A DNA stretch of 64,000 nucleotides, from assembly GCF_006345805.1 (NCBI RefSeq), contig NC_043008.1, forward strand, positions 15,128,001 to 15,192,000, given 5' to 3'. The notes beneath the pieces were generated by a model. That model worked only from the letters and a program-made list of their open reading frames with translations, did not search any database and was not told where the DNA came from. Numbering within the stretch: the stretch's first letter is position 1; every line of letters starts with the position of its first letter. This document shows, one piece after another, positions 50,902 to 64,000 of this stretch. The stretch is from Octopus sinensis (lineage: Eukaryota). A program made the translations under genes and the position numbers.

Positions 50902-52470
50902 CCTTCTCACTTCCCGAGCGTTAAACTAAAACATCTGTTTGTTGCTCACACGCCCGAAACTGACCCATCAGTATAGGGAGATCCTCGACCTGTGCTTTCG
51001 GGTGATCACAGTCCCTGCCAGTACATATGTATACAATTATGTCCTTTAAGTAGAGCATTAGACCTTCTTAGCACTTATTTCCAGCAATGTAGATATTCTA
51101 GCAACCGTGTTATAATTAGCGGCAATTACTGTTTTCCTTTTTGGTAACACATTGCATACAGCTACCTTTATTAAAATACTTACATGTATATATATATATA
51201 TATATATAAAATTATAATAATTTAGGGTATTTAGGGTATCTGGAAATAGCAGTCAAAACTTGAATCTAAAACCACATTAAATGTTCATATATCACTAGAA
51301 GACCAGAGAAAAATAAACTAGCAAAAAAATTACTGGATAATTTCAGATCCAAGATTTCTGGATTTGCATAAGATATGCTCTGCCTTCATCAGCGGAATAC
51401 ACTCAGATAACACATAAACACACACACACACACACACATTTATATATATATATATATATACAATATACGATATACTTACATATACGAACGTATATACATA
51501 CATATATATGCACGTATGTACACGACCAGTTTAAATTGCCCGTCAATTTCTATAAATTTATATATATATATATATTTATATACAATAACATACAGATGCA
51601 AATCCATATATATGTGGTGTGTGTGAAAACTTACTCCCTCCCCGAACTTCCTGGCCTTGCACCTAAATTTGAAACCGATGTATTGTACCTTTGGTGTTCT
51701 CAAAGCATACTTGGCCGTCGTGTTTTTACTAGAATTTGTACTCGAGATCTCTGTTCACGGAAATGATGCGTGATTGAAGTGTGGTGTTTGGTTTTGTGGG
51801 TATGACGCTTATGTGTGAAGGTTAATATGCGTTTCCATTGCTAGTGATCTCATTGTTTATCTACGAGTCCCTCCTGATCGAGAACAATGATCAAAAGCAT
51901 CGCAGCGATTTCCATTCCATCGTTTCATGCATATGCACAGCTACATTATCTAATGTGTTCTATTCTCCTATTATTGCCTTAGCGTGTGATTTCAGAGATA
52001 TTCGGAGGAGGTTGCAGGCCGAGCTGTCACGTACATGTTCTGTTGTTAGGTGGAAATGATGGATGCTAACATCTGCACGTTAATGCATGCGTAATTAAAA
52101 CTAATAAGGAGGGCATCATTAATGTACAAAAGGAAGATTGGATTGTTCGCACATGATTCATCAATTTCAACATCTTTATTTTTTCCACAACGGAAGGAAG
52201 CTTTCTCCAAATGTAGCAAATGCTATTTCGCAAGTGTTATTTTTTCCTTTTTACATTGCATTTCCATTGTGTTTTGCTTGAAAAAATCTCTCTTTCCTTC
52301 CTCTTATACTATATTCTAACTTTAGTTTCCACTTCCTCTTGATTTCAGAAATCGACAATATACGCTGGGAGCAGCTTTTGATCTTGTATCCGAAGGGATT
52401 ATTCTTTCAAGCATTTCCTGTTCCCACTTTTTATTAAAATTGTGACACCGTTGCCAATATGAAGAGAATT

Positions 52471-52885
52471 CGGATTTTTACGGTTTGAACTGCAGTTTTT
52501 TCTAGCGGTGTCTTGTGAAATTGTCACCCATAATTATGACCCTAATATCGATCTATTGCATTTCAATCTGTTTTAGGGTTAGGGTTAGGGGTGGAGGAAA
52601 TGGTATCTTTTTCTTCTGAAATGTAAATAAACCCAATCTGTTTCTTAAACAAGGGACATATTCTTACGGTACAGAATGTTTTCACCTCAATAAATGTCAT
52701 TGATGTTTGAAATTGCAGAAATTGGAGAAAAAAAACAACAAATATCTTACAAACTATAGAATTTTCTCAATAAAGCCAAGAGAAAAAGATGTTTTATAAA
52801 CACATTCTACCAGTATACGAAGTTTAAAAGTGTTTAGTTACGTGGAAATTATTTTAAAAACTGCCGTTCAAACCGAAAAGATCCG
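52471..52885. mobile_element. MITE with about 30-bp TIRs and internal (TTAGGG)3
   Basis: 'cggatttttacggtttgaactgcagtttt' / 'aaaactgccgttcaaaccgaaaagatccg'; flanking 'agaatt' direct repeat at 52465-52470 and 52886-52891. Confidence 0.75.
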
Positions 52886-53089
52886 AGAATTCAAATATAT
52901 CAGTCGAAAGGTCAATGAACAATAGTTTCTAACTTTTGGACAACTGAATTCAGGTGGTCATTCATACACATTCGATAATTATATTATTTATTACTGTTCT
53001 GTTGATTGCTAATTACTTTATCTTTTAATATACAAGACAAGATGATCAAAGTATAGTAGTCAGATCGAAGTAATTACAAACAAAGACTT

Positions 53090-53427
53090 GGCTGCGTGTT
53101 AGGAAGTTTGCTTTTTAACCACGTGGTTTAGTCTCACTGCATGGCACCTTGAGCTACTATTACAGCCTCGGGCCTATCGAAGACTTGTAAGTGGATTTGG
53201 TAGCATGTTTGTCTTTGTGCCTGTATTTGTCTTCTACCATTGATTGGATTGACAACCGGTGTTGGTGTTTCTTACGTCCCCATAACTTAGCGGTTCAGCA
53301 AAAGTAATCGATAGAATAAGTACCAGGCATAGCAAAAATGTAAGTATTGCGGTTGATTCATTTCACTAAAAGGTCTTTAAGGTGGTGCCCCATTATAATG
53401 ACTGAAACAAGTTAAAGATAAAAGATA
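53090..53427 (+). mobile_element. SINE family A, diverged
   Basis: Head-to-tail similarity to 54198-54621. Confidence 0.72.
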
Positions 53428-54197
53428 TTAAAAACGCATTGAAACCCGCCCCTTCCCGCAATTTCGATCTCTGGTACAATCAGAAAACACTTTATCTTAT
53501 ACCAACGCAGCGTATCACAGCCTAATATTCCCAAGTAGCCTAGAATCCAACGATAAGATGATGACGTATCAAATACTATTTAACGAATGGCTGCGGTATT
53601 GTTCGTGCTCTTCAGAGAAAGATAGAGAGGATGAGAGGAAAGAGGGGAATGTTCTATTTTCACGAACAAGTATATATTAATTACTTGCACTATCTCTTTC
53701 AGTATTTTCAATATTGAATTGCTAGCAGTACATTATTTGCTTCTAAAGTTAGCAAGCGAAGCCGCAAAGTTGAATCTGGATTCTGAACACAGAAGAACAA
53801 AATATGATGTTGTACGCTATTTAGTTATTTCACTTTTCTGTTTTCCAGACTCATCATTCCTCCAACTATTGTATGTTCTATGGCAAAATTTCGGAATGGA
53901 TGTTGTTGAATATATCGCCTATTCCGCCCACGTCACTCTGAAATAATCGCCAGAATATTTAAGATTGATGTAACTGTGGCTCCAATCTGTTGTATGTATT
54001 TATCCTCCCTCTGCCAGCTGTTTCAATGTCTGGGTTAAACTTACAACAGATTTGTAGGAATTTTCAACAGTTATCTTGATCTCCAAGGTAACCTATAGGC
54101 TGTGTTAGAATACTCACCCTTGCGCTATTTACCTTATGAGAGATCCACTCAACGTAAATAACGGAATATACTGAGGGGTATTAAAAACTTCGACATA

Positions 54198-54347
54198 GGC
54201 TGTGTGGTAAGTAGCTTGCTTACGAACCACATGGTTCGGGGTTCAGTCCCACTGCGCGGAACCTTGGTCAAATGTCTTTTACTATAGCCTCGGGTTGACC
54301 AAAGCCTTGTGAGTGGATTTGGTAGACGGAAACTGAAAGAAGCCTGT

Positions 54348-54393
<46 letters not shown>

Positions 54394-54621
54394 CGTGTGT
54401 GTGTGTATGTTTGTGTGTCTGTGTTTGTCCCCACCCAACATCGCGTCACAACCGATGCTGGTGTGTTTACGTCCCCGTAAGTTAGCGGTTCGGCAAAAGA
54501 GACCGATAGAATAAGTACTAGGCTTGCAAAGAAGAAGTCCTGGGGTCGATTTGCTCGACTAAAGGCGGTGCTCCAGCATGGCCACAGTCACATGACTGAA
54601 ACAAGTAAAAGAGTAAAAGAG
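54198..54621 (+). mobile_element. SINE family A, full length
   Basis: 'ggctgtgtggtaag…ggttcagtcccactgcg…' head, internal microsatellite, '…aagtaaaagagtaaaagag' tail. Confidence 0.9.
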
Positions 54622-54755
54622 GGTATATGTTACAGATCAAAATTACTCTTTTGTAACAATCCTACGTTTGTCGTCATTAATTATTATTTACAACAGTTAA
54701 TGCGGTGAGCTAGCAGAGTCGTTAGTACGCTGGACGAAACACTTAGCGGTATTCC

Positions 54756-54896
54756 GTCTACCAAATTCACTCGCAAGGCTTTGGTCGGCCCGAGGCTATA
54801 GTAAAATACACTTGCCCAAGGTGCCACGCCGTAGGACTGAACCCCGGACCATGTGGTTGGTAAGCAAACTACTTACCACGCAGCCACTCCTGCGCC
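54756..54896 (-). mobile_element. SINE family A 5' half, fused to a family-B head (54701-54760)
   Basis: Reverse complement of the family-A head; junction at the shared 'ttccgtct'. Confidence 0.75.
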
Positions 54897-54996
54897 TGAT
54901 TATCTTTTCTTTAGTAGTAGTCAATTGTCGATAAAAGTTACTCCTACCTTCTCTACTGCTGATAGCAATTGGTTTATTGTATGAAGTTGGTTAACA

Positions 54997-55131
54997 AACA
55001 GAATCATTAGCAGAGGCAAAATACTTAGCGGCATTTCGTTCTGAGTTCAAATTCCACCGAGGTCGATCTTTCTCGCCATCCTTTCGGGGGTCGAAATACA
55101 TATACCAGTTGAACACTGAGGTTGATGTAAT
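54997..55131 (+). mobile_element. SINE family B fragment followed by (CTC/CGT)n array (to about 55290)
   Basis: 'cttagcggcatttcgttctgagttcaaattccaccgaggtcgatc'. Confidence 0.7.
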
Positions 55132-57524
55132 CCTCCTCCTCCTCCTCCTCCTTCTCGTCTTCTACGTCCTCGTCTTCCTCCTCCTCGTCCTCGTCCTCGT
55201 AGTCGTCGACCTCCTCCTCCTCCTCACCATTCCCGTCCTCGTCCTCGTCTTCGTCCTCCTCCCCTCTCCCTCCCTGTATCCCCCTCCTCCTCCTTCTCCC
55301 AGACCTCTGGTCTTGTGACAAAATTTGAACCCAGCTGATTCGTTGTCTTTACTGACTGATACATTTTTCTATCACTTAATGTGTTTCGCGTTCCAATAAG
55401 AATCTACGCTTTATTATTGTAATTCATATTCCTTCCTAATGATTCGTATACTTTAAAACGTTTCCATACCAAATTGAAGAAACATTTAACTCTAATATGT
55501 TTCTTAGTTTTTTTTTCTCTTATATTCCTCCTCATATTTTTTGTTACGATTTTCTTGCATTAGCTTCACGGAACATTTTGTATGTAAAACAAATTACTAA
55601 ATAGTGTAAAGTTATTTTTTGTAGCTTCTACAAGTTCGGTACGTATGTAAATGTTATGAGTATCACCCCCATTTCTTTCTTTTACGATATATAATAAAAT
55701 ATATATTTGATGGCATTATTTTGTTCTCTGTGTCTTCAATAGTCTCATAAATCATTCTTTTACGTATTTATGTTTCTTGTTAATTATTAGAAATATTTTC
55801 TTTACGTAAAAACCACTATACATAAATACTAAATATTATTTACCATAAAAGTATTGTCAAGTATTGTAGTTAAATAGACGTTACATTGAAAATCGACGGG
55901 TGGGGAATTTTTTATTATTATGGTGTAGCATATATTTACTTCTATTTTCTTCCATCTCTTCGCAACTATCAACTATAGAATTTATCACAACTCTTGTTAA
56001 TTCTACACTGCGACTAGGTGAACTCATACATTTCTTATTTATTGCTTGACGAAAGTTAAGTGTTTTGGCTACATATAAAATGCTGCATTGGTGAAATGAT
56101 ACGAGCAATCTATTGGTCCACCTCTCGCGGCTAAATACTATCGATCAGGCCAGCATATGCCACTCATAATCAAAAAGACAACGTATTAAAAAAGACCAAA
56201 AACAAAAAAAAAAACCATTCATGTTGCAAGAACAACAATCACAGGCTTCTTCAGAATGTGTACATCTCAGCATTTATATCACTGAAGTGGCTAATGGTAA
56301 AAATTAGTTTAGTTTTTGTTTTTGTTTATTTCATTCATTAAGTCGTTGTTCTAAAACGAATCTCCACATTTTTGGAGACACTGAGAATGTTTGCATGAAG
56401 TAACTTCTGCCATAGCTGACGGTAATTTTCTTCTTGTGTAGGAAGGAAAATGATCTCTAGTTTTGTTATGCTTCATTTACTGTAGCCATTGTGAGGAATG
56501 AATTGTTAACTTGTAAACTTTCTACATCATGATTTTGAGAAATACAATTGGGCTGTTTTGCTAAGGGAGCTAGGAATAAAAATTCCATTATAGTTAAGTG
56601 TATTGTTTTCGTCTTTGTCTTTTTTTTTTCCTGCTGAATAATCTAGAAAGTATTTTTTTATATTGAAATCTGAACTTCACCTGGGGAGTGAGTTGACTTT
56701 GATAGCTACGAAGAAGGTCGATATTTTAGTGCTTGGCAGAACGCTTCATATTGCCCATCGATTTAATTTTGTCCAGAAAGCAGAACAATTCATGAACAGA
56801 GCAACTACATCCAGTTTAATTAAATCGCCAACCGCAATAATCACACGGATAATTAAATTTTCTCTATTTTCACTAGAAACAAATAGTTATTAGCAAGGGA
56901 ACAATTTAGTTAATAAATAGACTACAGAGTATGTTGCGGTGAAATAGCTGCCATTAAAAACAGAATAACGAAAACACTTATGTGACTGCAAAGTGAAATC
57001 GTATTATTAGATGATTGAAACTTGGTCTTTTGTATTTCTTACGTTCCTATCTTTTTACTTGACGTAGACATTTCCCACTAAAGGAAAGGAAATGGGCACC
57101 TTATGCAACAGCAGAAAACTATGTAAAAGGAACGAAACCGGGAAACGAATCTGAGTTTTGAGCGTGAATGGCTGGTATCAAAATATAAAAAAAGGCGCGC
57201 ATGCAGAGGTACATATCTAAGGGTTTTTTTGTGTTTAAATAAAGGATTCTAGGGCAGAAATAAACGCATCTAATAACTGTTAGTATGTTATAGAAATGGG
57301 AATTTCTAAAACAGATAAACAGTTGTTTGATGAATAATATCATTGGGATGCATCTTCTACCTTTGATAAAATCAGTTCCATAATTGATATTTCTTTGTTG
57401 CGATTCACCGAAATACATGCTTTAATGTTCATTCGGTAAAACCTCCAACATGACTCGGTTCACCTTTCAATATTCCATTCGGGACTTACCTTCATGATCG
57501 AGCTAAACCAAATAACGAGCAACA

Positions 57525-57785
57525 GAAGATGGAATTTGATCCACACGAATTCGGAGATAGACATTGCAGTCCGTCAAAAATTATCCCATGCAGAGAACAC
57601 CATAGAATTAATGAAGAGGCTAAGGAAATCGAAGAGCAGGTTCGAAACATTACGAAGATGGAATTTGATCCACACAAATTCGGAGATAGACATTGCAGTC
57701 CGTCAAAAATTATCCCATGCAGAGAACACCATAGAATTAATGAAGAGGCTAAGGAGAACGAAAATCAGGTTCGAAATATTACGAA
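57525..57785. repeat. 129-bp tandem duplication (2 copies), frame-preserving
   Basis: 'gaagatggaatttgatcc' at 57525 and 57654; 43-codon period. Confidence 0.92.
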
Positions 57786-58176
57786 TTTTTTTTAGTTGTA
57801 GTTGCATCTCACATGTGTCCCTCATGTTTCTCAGTAGTACATCATTCATCCATTTCATAAGGCTAGTGGTGAGAAGTAAGCAGATTGGATACGAGATCAA
57901 ACGGTGTATTCTCTAATCGATGTTGGGTTGAATTTACGAAACAAGAAAAGGTTGAGCAATCTACTATCAAAGCATGATTGGTTGGTACGAAGCATTCGAG
58001 TGTGGGCTGAAAAAACACTGCAGAATATGAGCAATGCGTGTATATGTGTGTATGTGTGCACGTGTTTGTGTGCATGCATGTGTATGTGGTGTATCCGTGT
58101 ATGTGTATGAGCAGGTAAACGTGTTTGCGTGCGAGCGTGCTTGTGTGCGTCTGTGTTTATGTGTGTATGAGAGGGT

Positions 58177-58218
<42 letters not shown>

Positions 58219-58442
58219 ACCTTCGATTGGCTGGTTACTAAACATAGAATATCAAATCCTTCTGCCTACTGCGTAATTCAATGCCTTTTTCTAGGTTTCC
58301 CGGAAATACCTTTTATTGTGCACTAAAAATATTATGTTTTTAGAAAATTAAATATAAAGAGGAGTCATTTCTTTGACAATTCATCCATTATCATACAGTT
58401 TTCAAATACTATTTCCTGTCAAAATGTAAACTAAATTACAGT

Positions 58443-58496
<54 letters not shown>

Positions 58497-59445
58497 GCAT
58501 ATACATACATACATATTGAATAAGTCTTGAATTTCACAAGAAACTCTAGTTTTCTTAAATTACTTATATTTAGTGTTGAATGTATATATAAAAAAAGGAA
58601 AAAAACGTAAAATATTATGACAACTGGCACGTTATTTCTGAAGTCATTTTGTTATTGTTACATATTCAGTTTCCGGAACATTCAAAATTTTTTTAAAAGA
58701 GAATTTCTCACTCTATTATAACCATGTCTTTACTTATTTATTTATTCATAACATATTGTCTTGCCATTCCATATATGTATATAAAAAAGATATCCTTCAT
58801 TATTTAATTTCATTTATTCAAATTTTTATTCATATTTTTGAAACATTTTGTAAGTAAACACTATATTCTCACATGCAGACGGACATTGTACGATATCTGT
58901 TGTGTCTATATGTTATTGGCAATTTTTGTATGTTTTAGCTTTCTCTATACATGTATTCCATTTCTTATCACAAATTACATTATTTTTCTTACTTGTTCAT
59001 TATGTGCTCTGAACAACAACGATGACTTTATATTTCTTTCCACTAAAGAAAAGCAAGAAAAAAAAAAGATATTAAAATAAAGACACATAAACAAACGATA
59101 TTAACAGCAGATTGCAGAATCGATTTTCTGAGATATTTATAATGTGACAGCTGCTATCTAGAATACTTTTAATTTACGATAGAGAAACTCGGGAGAAAGT
59201 AGCACTGAATGTTGTTTTTCTTTTCTCCCTCACTCACTCAAATTCAAAATCAGTTTTATGACTGCTGCCAAACTGTAAGGATATTAAAGGCCTCTGACTT
59301 CTTGCCCAAGGAGAAATATTTCTTGAAGCATAAATTGACAATTAAACAGTTTTCTATATACAACATCTCATTATAGTGTTTACTGAATCGAATGTTGCAG
59401 TAGAGATGAAGTAGATGTAAGTTTCTGGAATTAAAAATAAAACGC

Positions 59446-59446
<1 letters not shown>

Positions 59447-59495
<49 letters not shown>

Positions 59496-59817
59496 TATTA
59501 TTATTATTATTATTATTATTGTGGTTGTTGTTGTTGTTGGTGGTGGTGATGATGATATTGTTGTTATTGTTGTTTTTTGTTGTTGTTATATTTTTGCTAT
59601 TCTTTTTTTTTTTTATTCAATTTTCAAAATAATTGATAATTGTAGTAGAATATATTTCCCCAAATTCTGATCGAGGTTTCTTGCAATCTAATTGCATATA
59701 CTTAGTCTACTTCGATATTTCTTGACCCGAACGAAGAAAAAAGTTTAACTCAGTGTAATTGTTTGAGTTTGAAATTCGTCGATTCTCTAACTTGATGGCA
59801 TGATGATAATAATAATG

Positions 59818-59916
<99 letters not shown>

Positions 59917-59939
59917 TGATGATAATAATAATAACAATC

Positions 59940-59973
<34 letters not shown>

Positions 59974-60000
59974 TAATAATAATGATTATAATAATAATAG
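59447..60000. repeat. Opposed (TTA)n and (AAT)n arrays
   Basis: (TTA)n at about 59447-59520 and (AAT)n at about 59800-60000. Confidence 0.9.
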
Positions 60001-62636
60001 AGGAAAAAATAAAGAATGGTATTCTGAAAGTCTTATAATAAATACTATAGGAAAACTTGTTAAGTGTCAAAAATATTGTGACATGGAATCGTGTACGCTT
60101 AGCAAGTAGACATGATAAAGACTATAACGACAGTGATAAAAACAAGTTCGCATTAATGTTGCAACTCTAACGTAAACGAGAACAGAATGTCCTAGATTGT
60201 CGATAACGGTTATAACTGATAGAAAAAAACATTACACAGTGAAATATGCAGCTTCCCCAGATTATATATTTGTGTGTTAGTGTTGCCGTTACTATAACTT
60301 AGAATGTTAACGATGACTAAGCTCCCAGATAACTGTTACTGAACGAAGTAAAAAAAGAATATTATATTATTTTCATCTGTATTTTAAAAATAACTTTAGA
60401 AGAGTTTAGGTATTGTTTTTTTTTAAGTATTGTATGCAATGAATCACAGAGGAAAGAAGATCGTATACAAGGTTCAAAGAATGTGCTTTTAAATTTGGTT
60501 TGACAATCAGGAAATATAAAATTGGAAACTATATTCATGATAGAAAATAGGCTTCTGAACTGCTTAAATGGGTATCAATCATTTCCAAGGATTTCGTGAT
60601 TCAAAGACAGAACGGAATATTTGACAGAGTTGATGTATACGTTAGAAAAATAAGAACGTTTATCATTGTCATTGCAGGTTTCTAAACGGGCTATTCTAAT
60701 GAATGTCAGTGTGTCAGTAAATATATCTGAAATCCTGCCAAGTTGTATCATTAATGTTGCATGAATAATTCCAGATCTCCCAGATCAGGATAAGTTATGG
60801 AATATTTTGGGGCTTGTCTGTAAAAACAGATATTGCATGTTTCATAGAATGTTATAAATATGCATTCTTGCATTTCCATGTTCTTTTATTTTTTTTATAG
60901 CATAGAAGTTTGTCAGAAAAGGATTGATAATGCATACGAAATTTGTCGGTTGTCTTAGATTAGATTAAAGCAAAATATGCTAAGAGAAATAACCCCGAGT
61001 GGCCACAGGCGTCTATTTGTGCAACATAGACAAAATCAGGTATATCAAATACTATATAGTAAATTTATTTATTTAATAAAATTATCTTCGATTCGCAACA
61101 CCAAGTGGCAATGAAAATCAGTTCCACTTGAGAAGGAGAGGGAGTCTCTAATTTAAGAAGTCTCCAAAGTTGCCTGCCATTAAGGAAAAGGATAAGCTAA
61201 TTGTCTGGAAATAGGACGTCGTGCGTGAACACGTTTTTCTATCCCAATAGCCATCGTACGCGCGGCTATTGAAATAGACTCGTTCGGCCTTATATCCAGC
61301 GGCCAAATCACTTAGAATAACACCAAAAAAGTGTAGAACACGTTTGTGGCCTAAGTATTTAGCATAATTCAAAGAAAAATTATCTAAGAGCAATCAATCA
61401 GAGACCAGATGCATGTATTCGAACAAGAGATTAAACTAGCTTGATGTTCAGCTTAAATATTTGTCGATTAATATTTGCAGGGTAAACGTAAATCCTTATC
61501 CGTTACAAATCGGGGAAGGAAATCTGATCAAAGTCGTTAGTCCAAGGTCTGAGAGCTGACGCACAGTAGGAGCAGCCGATGCAGGAGAATGTGATACCTC
61601 GAGTCACAAATGTATGTGGTGTTTAGTGAAATATTTTAAAAATATGTTTACAGTTTGGAAAATAATTTTTCAAAGAATCGAGACAACACGCTGTAGGTAA
61701 CAGTAATTCAAAAACAGCACATAAAGCAAAACCGTCTAATATGATATATTAATTTAAAATGTTGAATGACCCGTGAAATTATGCAGTGCCATGATGCTAG
61801 AAGCAAATAAGAATTTATTGTCACTGCCAGAAAGCTGCAAATTTCTTCTTCTAAAGATATACTCGTTAGGATTGTAGGCCAAAGCTGCAATTTAAAGTTT
61901 GAAAAGTTAAATGTTCCAATAATTACCAGCAGCACCGAACGAGAGATTGTTAATTTATCTAAAGCACCTCATATATCGACAAAGCAATTTGATAAAATTA
62001 AATTAAGGAACTCAGGGGTTTAGTGGTCGGATTAGTTGAAATTTCGTCAAATGTGTTGTGAATTTTTCCTTGTGCTAAATGTACCTCACCAATTATGAAT
62101 TCTTTAATGATTGGAGATGAACAGTTCGACAATGAAAAATATCTATATTTGCAACAATCTAAAATAGCTGTCTTCTACAAAATCAGGGAATAATATCATT
62201 CATGTGCAGGACCCCATGCTTGTTCTGTGTATCACATGTTATACAGAAGATATATTTCTTTGGCAACCATGCATAAGATATAATACACGTTCCCAAGTTT
62301 TGTTCAACCGCTAAAGTTACTTGGAACTCATAAAAGAATGCTTTATGTTAAGCAGAACGTATGAAAATTCTTTGAGCAAGCACAGGGTTATTAATACTAA
62401 AAATAATAAGGAAAGAACTTATTCTGAGACTTCATTCTGCTTAAATAGAAGACATTCGTACAAATATTCACGTTTGGAATATTCATCTACGTCTGATGTG
62501 CGAGTAAACAATCTACTGGTAAAGTTGTGTTATTTTCTAAAGTATTTTACTGCGTAAATAGAGGACCATTTCAATTGAGTTTCTTTGAAGTACCATGTTC
62601 ATAAATTTACGCTATTATTGTCTTGTATATTTATAT

Positions 62637-62846
62637 ACTCTTTTACTTGTTTCAGTCATTTGACTACGGCCATGGTGGAGCACCGCCTTTAGTCGAGCAA
62701 ATCGACCCCGGGACTTATTCTGTTTTTTTTGTAAGCCCAGTACTTATTCTATCGGTCTCTTTTTGCCAAACCGCTAAGTGACGGGGACGTAAACACACCA
62801 GCATCGGTTGTCAAGCAATGCTAGGGGGACAAACACAGACACACAA

Positions 62847-62915
<69 letters not shown>

Positions 62916-63076
62916 GACAGGCTTCTTTCAGTTTCCGTCTACCAAATCCACTCACAAGGCATTGGTCGGCCCGGGGCTATAGCAGAAGACACTTGCCCAA
63001 GATGCCACGCAGGGGACTGAACCCAGAACCATGTGGTTGGTTAGCAAGCTACTTACCACACAGCCACTCCTGCGCC
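62637..63076 (-). mobile_element. SINE family A, full length, young-looking
   Basis: Complete reverse complement of family A, including head 'ggcgcaggagtggctgtgtggtaag'. Confidence 0.9.
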
Positions 63077-64000
63077 TATAATTGAGTATTTGTATATATG
63101 GTAACCTGTGATATATTTGAGACGAATTCAGACGTATGTTTGAAAAGTACTTTCACACCTGACCTTTTCAAGGTTATTTTGGATTATAAATGATATTAAT
63201 GTTGAATAATACGAACATATTGTCTGCAAAGTATTATGTAGATGATTTCTGCTGTAAAATATGCGGCACCCATCTTTATTAATGTTGCTGCAAGAATAAA
63301 TGATAATTCCTTCGAAACATAAAGATAGCTAAAAAAATATCTGAATCTCCCTCTCAAAAAAATTGGATCCACAGTTGATGATTTATAAATCAAAGAAATG
63401 TTGCTGCCTTCAACTCAGTTACATATAAAATCATGTATAGCGTCTGGGAAGTTCAGATTCTTACTGTCACAGATTTCCGTTATCTTGGATCTGACAATAA
63501 CAGATAATTGAAAAGCCCAAATTATCATAGAAAGCTGCGCGTAAACTTAAATTTATTTCGAATTGTTCAGTCATAGAAGAATTAAAATGCCACTTTTCAA
63601 AGCTCTCATTTAAAGAGATTTCGTCTATGCTAGTGAAGCCTTGATAATTATAGAAACACAACGAAAAGAAATAAATGCTGGAAATTGCTCACTTATACGA
63701 TTTGCACTTGGAGTTAATTTTCTCTAAGAGAATAATGAACGTCTAAGCAATAGAGTAGACATTCTCAGCTAATAGCATTCAACGTCAATAGGACATGCCT
63801 TGCAATGAAATAATATAACATTGTCTGCTCTGTTCAATGAGGAAAATCAAATTATTGAGATTTATCATGTTGGAGATGCATTTCGAAATATATAGATGCC
63901 GAGAGTTAATAAGGATCTACCAGCCAAATGAAATATTTCATTTTGTCATCGGATGACCTCACCACAGATCTCTTACATATGTTTTTGTATCCTACGACAC

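Noticed and set aside
52573-52590. (TTAGGG)3 as an interstitial telomere or fusion scar
   Set aside because: Only three units, internal to a TIR-bounded element.
53990-54180. Possible minus-strand mini-exons (48 nt and 38 nt) and microexons near 46115 and 13660
   Set aside because: Splice-like motifs of this strength are expected by chance in 64 kb of AT-rich DNA, and one overlaps a mariner-TIR-like sequence; unsupported without RNA data.
55025-55321. 98-aa acidic ORF (poly-E/D)
   Set aside because: Translation of a (CTC/CGT)n array fused to a SINE fragment.
59725-59785. Hammerhead-like 'aactca…tgagtt-tgaaattcgtc'
   Set aside because: No recognisable CUGANGA or UUGANAA core and no stem I.

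Overview
AT-rich eukaryotic DNA, very rich in microsatellites. By my recognition of its SINE families it is most likely octopus (cephalopod); this is an inference, not a database match. There is no intact protein-coding gene, and nearly all ORFs in the supplied track are translations of (TA)n, (TATC)n, (TACA)n, (AAT)n or (GAA)n repeats. The window looks like intronic or intergenic DNA, with a few small candidate exons of an unidentified minus-strand gene (best: 47360-47398 and 13330-13424). Recognisable content: (1) about 20 copies of at least three tRNA-derived SINE families (called A, B and C here); (2) decayed Tc1/mariner-superfamily transposons and several MITEs with clear TIRs and TSDs; (3) two R4/Dong-like restriction-endonuclease LINE copies embedded in (TAA)n arrays; (4) a tandemly duplicated Tx1-like LINE 3' end embedded in (TATC)n; (5) a Penelope-like GIY-YIG remnant; (6) several type-I hammerhead ribozyme motifs. 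The most notable object is a non-coding element at 24264-25083. It carries a 358-nt unit bounded by hammerhead cleavage sites (retrozyme-like or Penelope pseudo-LTR) whose fold-back junction falls on the predicted self-cleavage site. All alignments and RNA folds were done by eye.
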